64,000 nucleotides of DNA from Octopus sinensis (taxonomy: Eukaryota), in assembly GCF_006345805.1 (NCBI RefSeq), contig NC_043016.1, forward strand, positions 14,880,001 through 14,944,000. The letters run 5' to 3'. Of this stretch, positions 63,437-64,000 are shown piece by piece. The notes under the pieces were generated by a model that worked only from the letters and a program-made list of their open reading frames with translations, did no database searches and was not told the origin of the DNA. Position 1 is the stretch's first letter. The number at the start of each line of letters is the position of its first letter. The position numbers were made by a program, and so were the translations under genes.

Positions 63437-63803
63437 GTGTCACGTAAAAAGCACCATCCATTCATGGCCGTTGCCAGCGCCGCCCCGACTGGCCTCGTGC
63501 CGGTGGCACGTAAAAAGCACCATCTGTTCATGGCCGTTGCCAACCTCACCTGGCCCCCGTGCCGGTGGCACGTAAAAAGCACCATCCGATCGTGGCCGTT
63601 TGCCAGACTCGTCTGGTACCTGTGCCGGTGGCACGTAAAAAGCACCCACTACACTCACGGAGTGGTTGGCGTTAGGAAGGGCATCCAGCCGTAGAAACAT
63701 TGCCAGATCAAACTGGGCCTGGTGCAGCCTTCTGGCTTCCCAGACCCCAGTTGAACCGTCCAACCCATGCTAGCATGGAAAGCGGATACTAAACGATGAT
63801 GAT
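63435..63803 (+). mobile_element. RTE 3' end downstream of DDOST
   Basis: VNTR units, same 3' motif, gatgatgat tail. Confidence 0.8.
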
Positions 63804-64000
63804 ATATATATATAGTATTAATAAAATAGATGGAATGTATAATAAACTTTATTGGGTACAATACATGTTTCAACCCGTTATGGATTTCTTCAGGTACATC
63901 AATAAAAAGTCTCATAAAAAAGCACCTGTGTTGTTGTCACATAAAAAGCACCTCTACTGGTGCCATGTATGAAGCACCTGTGCTGGTGTCACATAAAAAG

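Overview
AT-rich, microsatellite-dense animal genomic DNA. The repeat complement suggests an octopus or other coleoid cephalopod; this is an inference, as no taxon marker is present. One complete protein-coding gene is supported: DDOST/OST48 (WBP1 family, oligosaccharyltransferase 48-kDa subunit). It lies on the + strand in 11 GT-AG exons from 40437 to 62766, encodes 441 aa, and has a 13.7-kb TE-filled first intron. The upstream 40 kb is a transposon graveyard. It holds a 13.4-kb satellite of ~144 x 93-bp units derived from a SINE 3' end, RTE-clade LINE 3' ends with an internal VNTR, several RLE-type (R4/Dong-like) LINE relics, mariner elements, a Chapaev3-like transposon nested in a LINE relic, a non-autonomous Helitron, a Penelope-like RT relic, MITEs and tRNA-derived SINEs. 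The most interesting signal lies outside the ORF track: type I hammerhead ribozyme motifs from three sequence families. One is a near-canonical single copy (6715-6765, - strand). The others form three divergently oriented inverted pairs (8.4-8.5 kb, 23.5-23.8 kb, 25.2-25.3 kb), consistent with Penelope-like/retrozyme-type elements. There is also an orphan 179-aa intronless ORF beside a duplicated ~180-bp segment at 1.1-2.9 kb. Most ORFs in the supplied track are artefacts of simple repeats.
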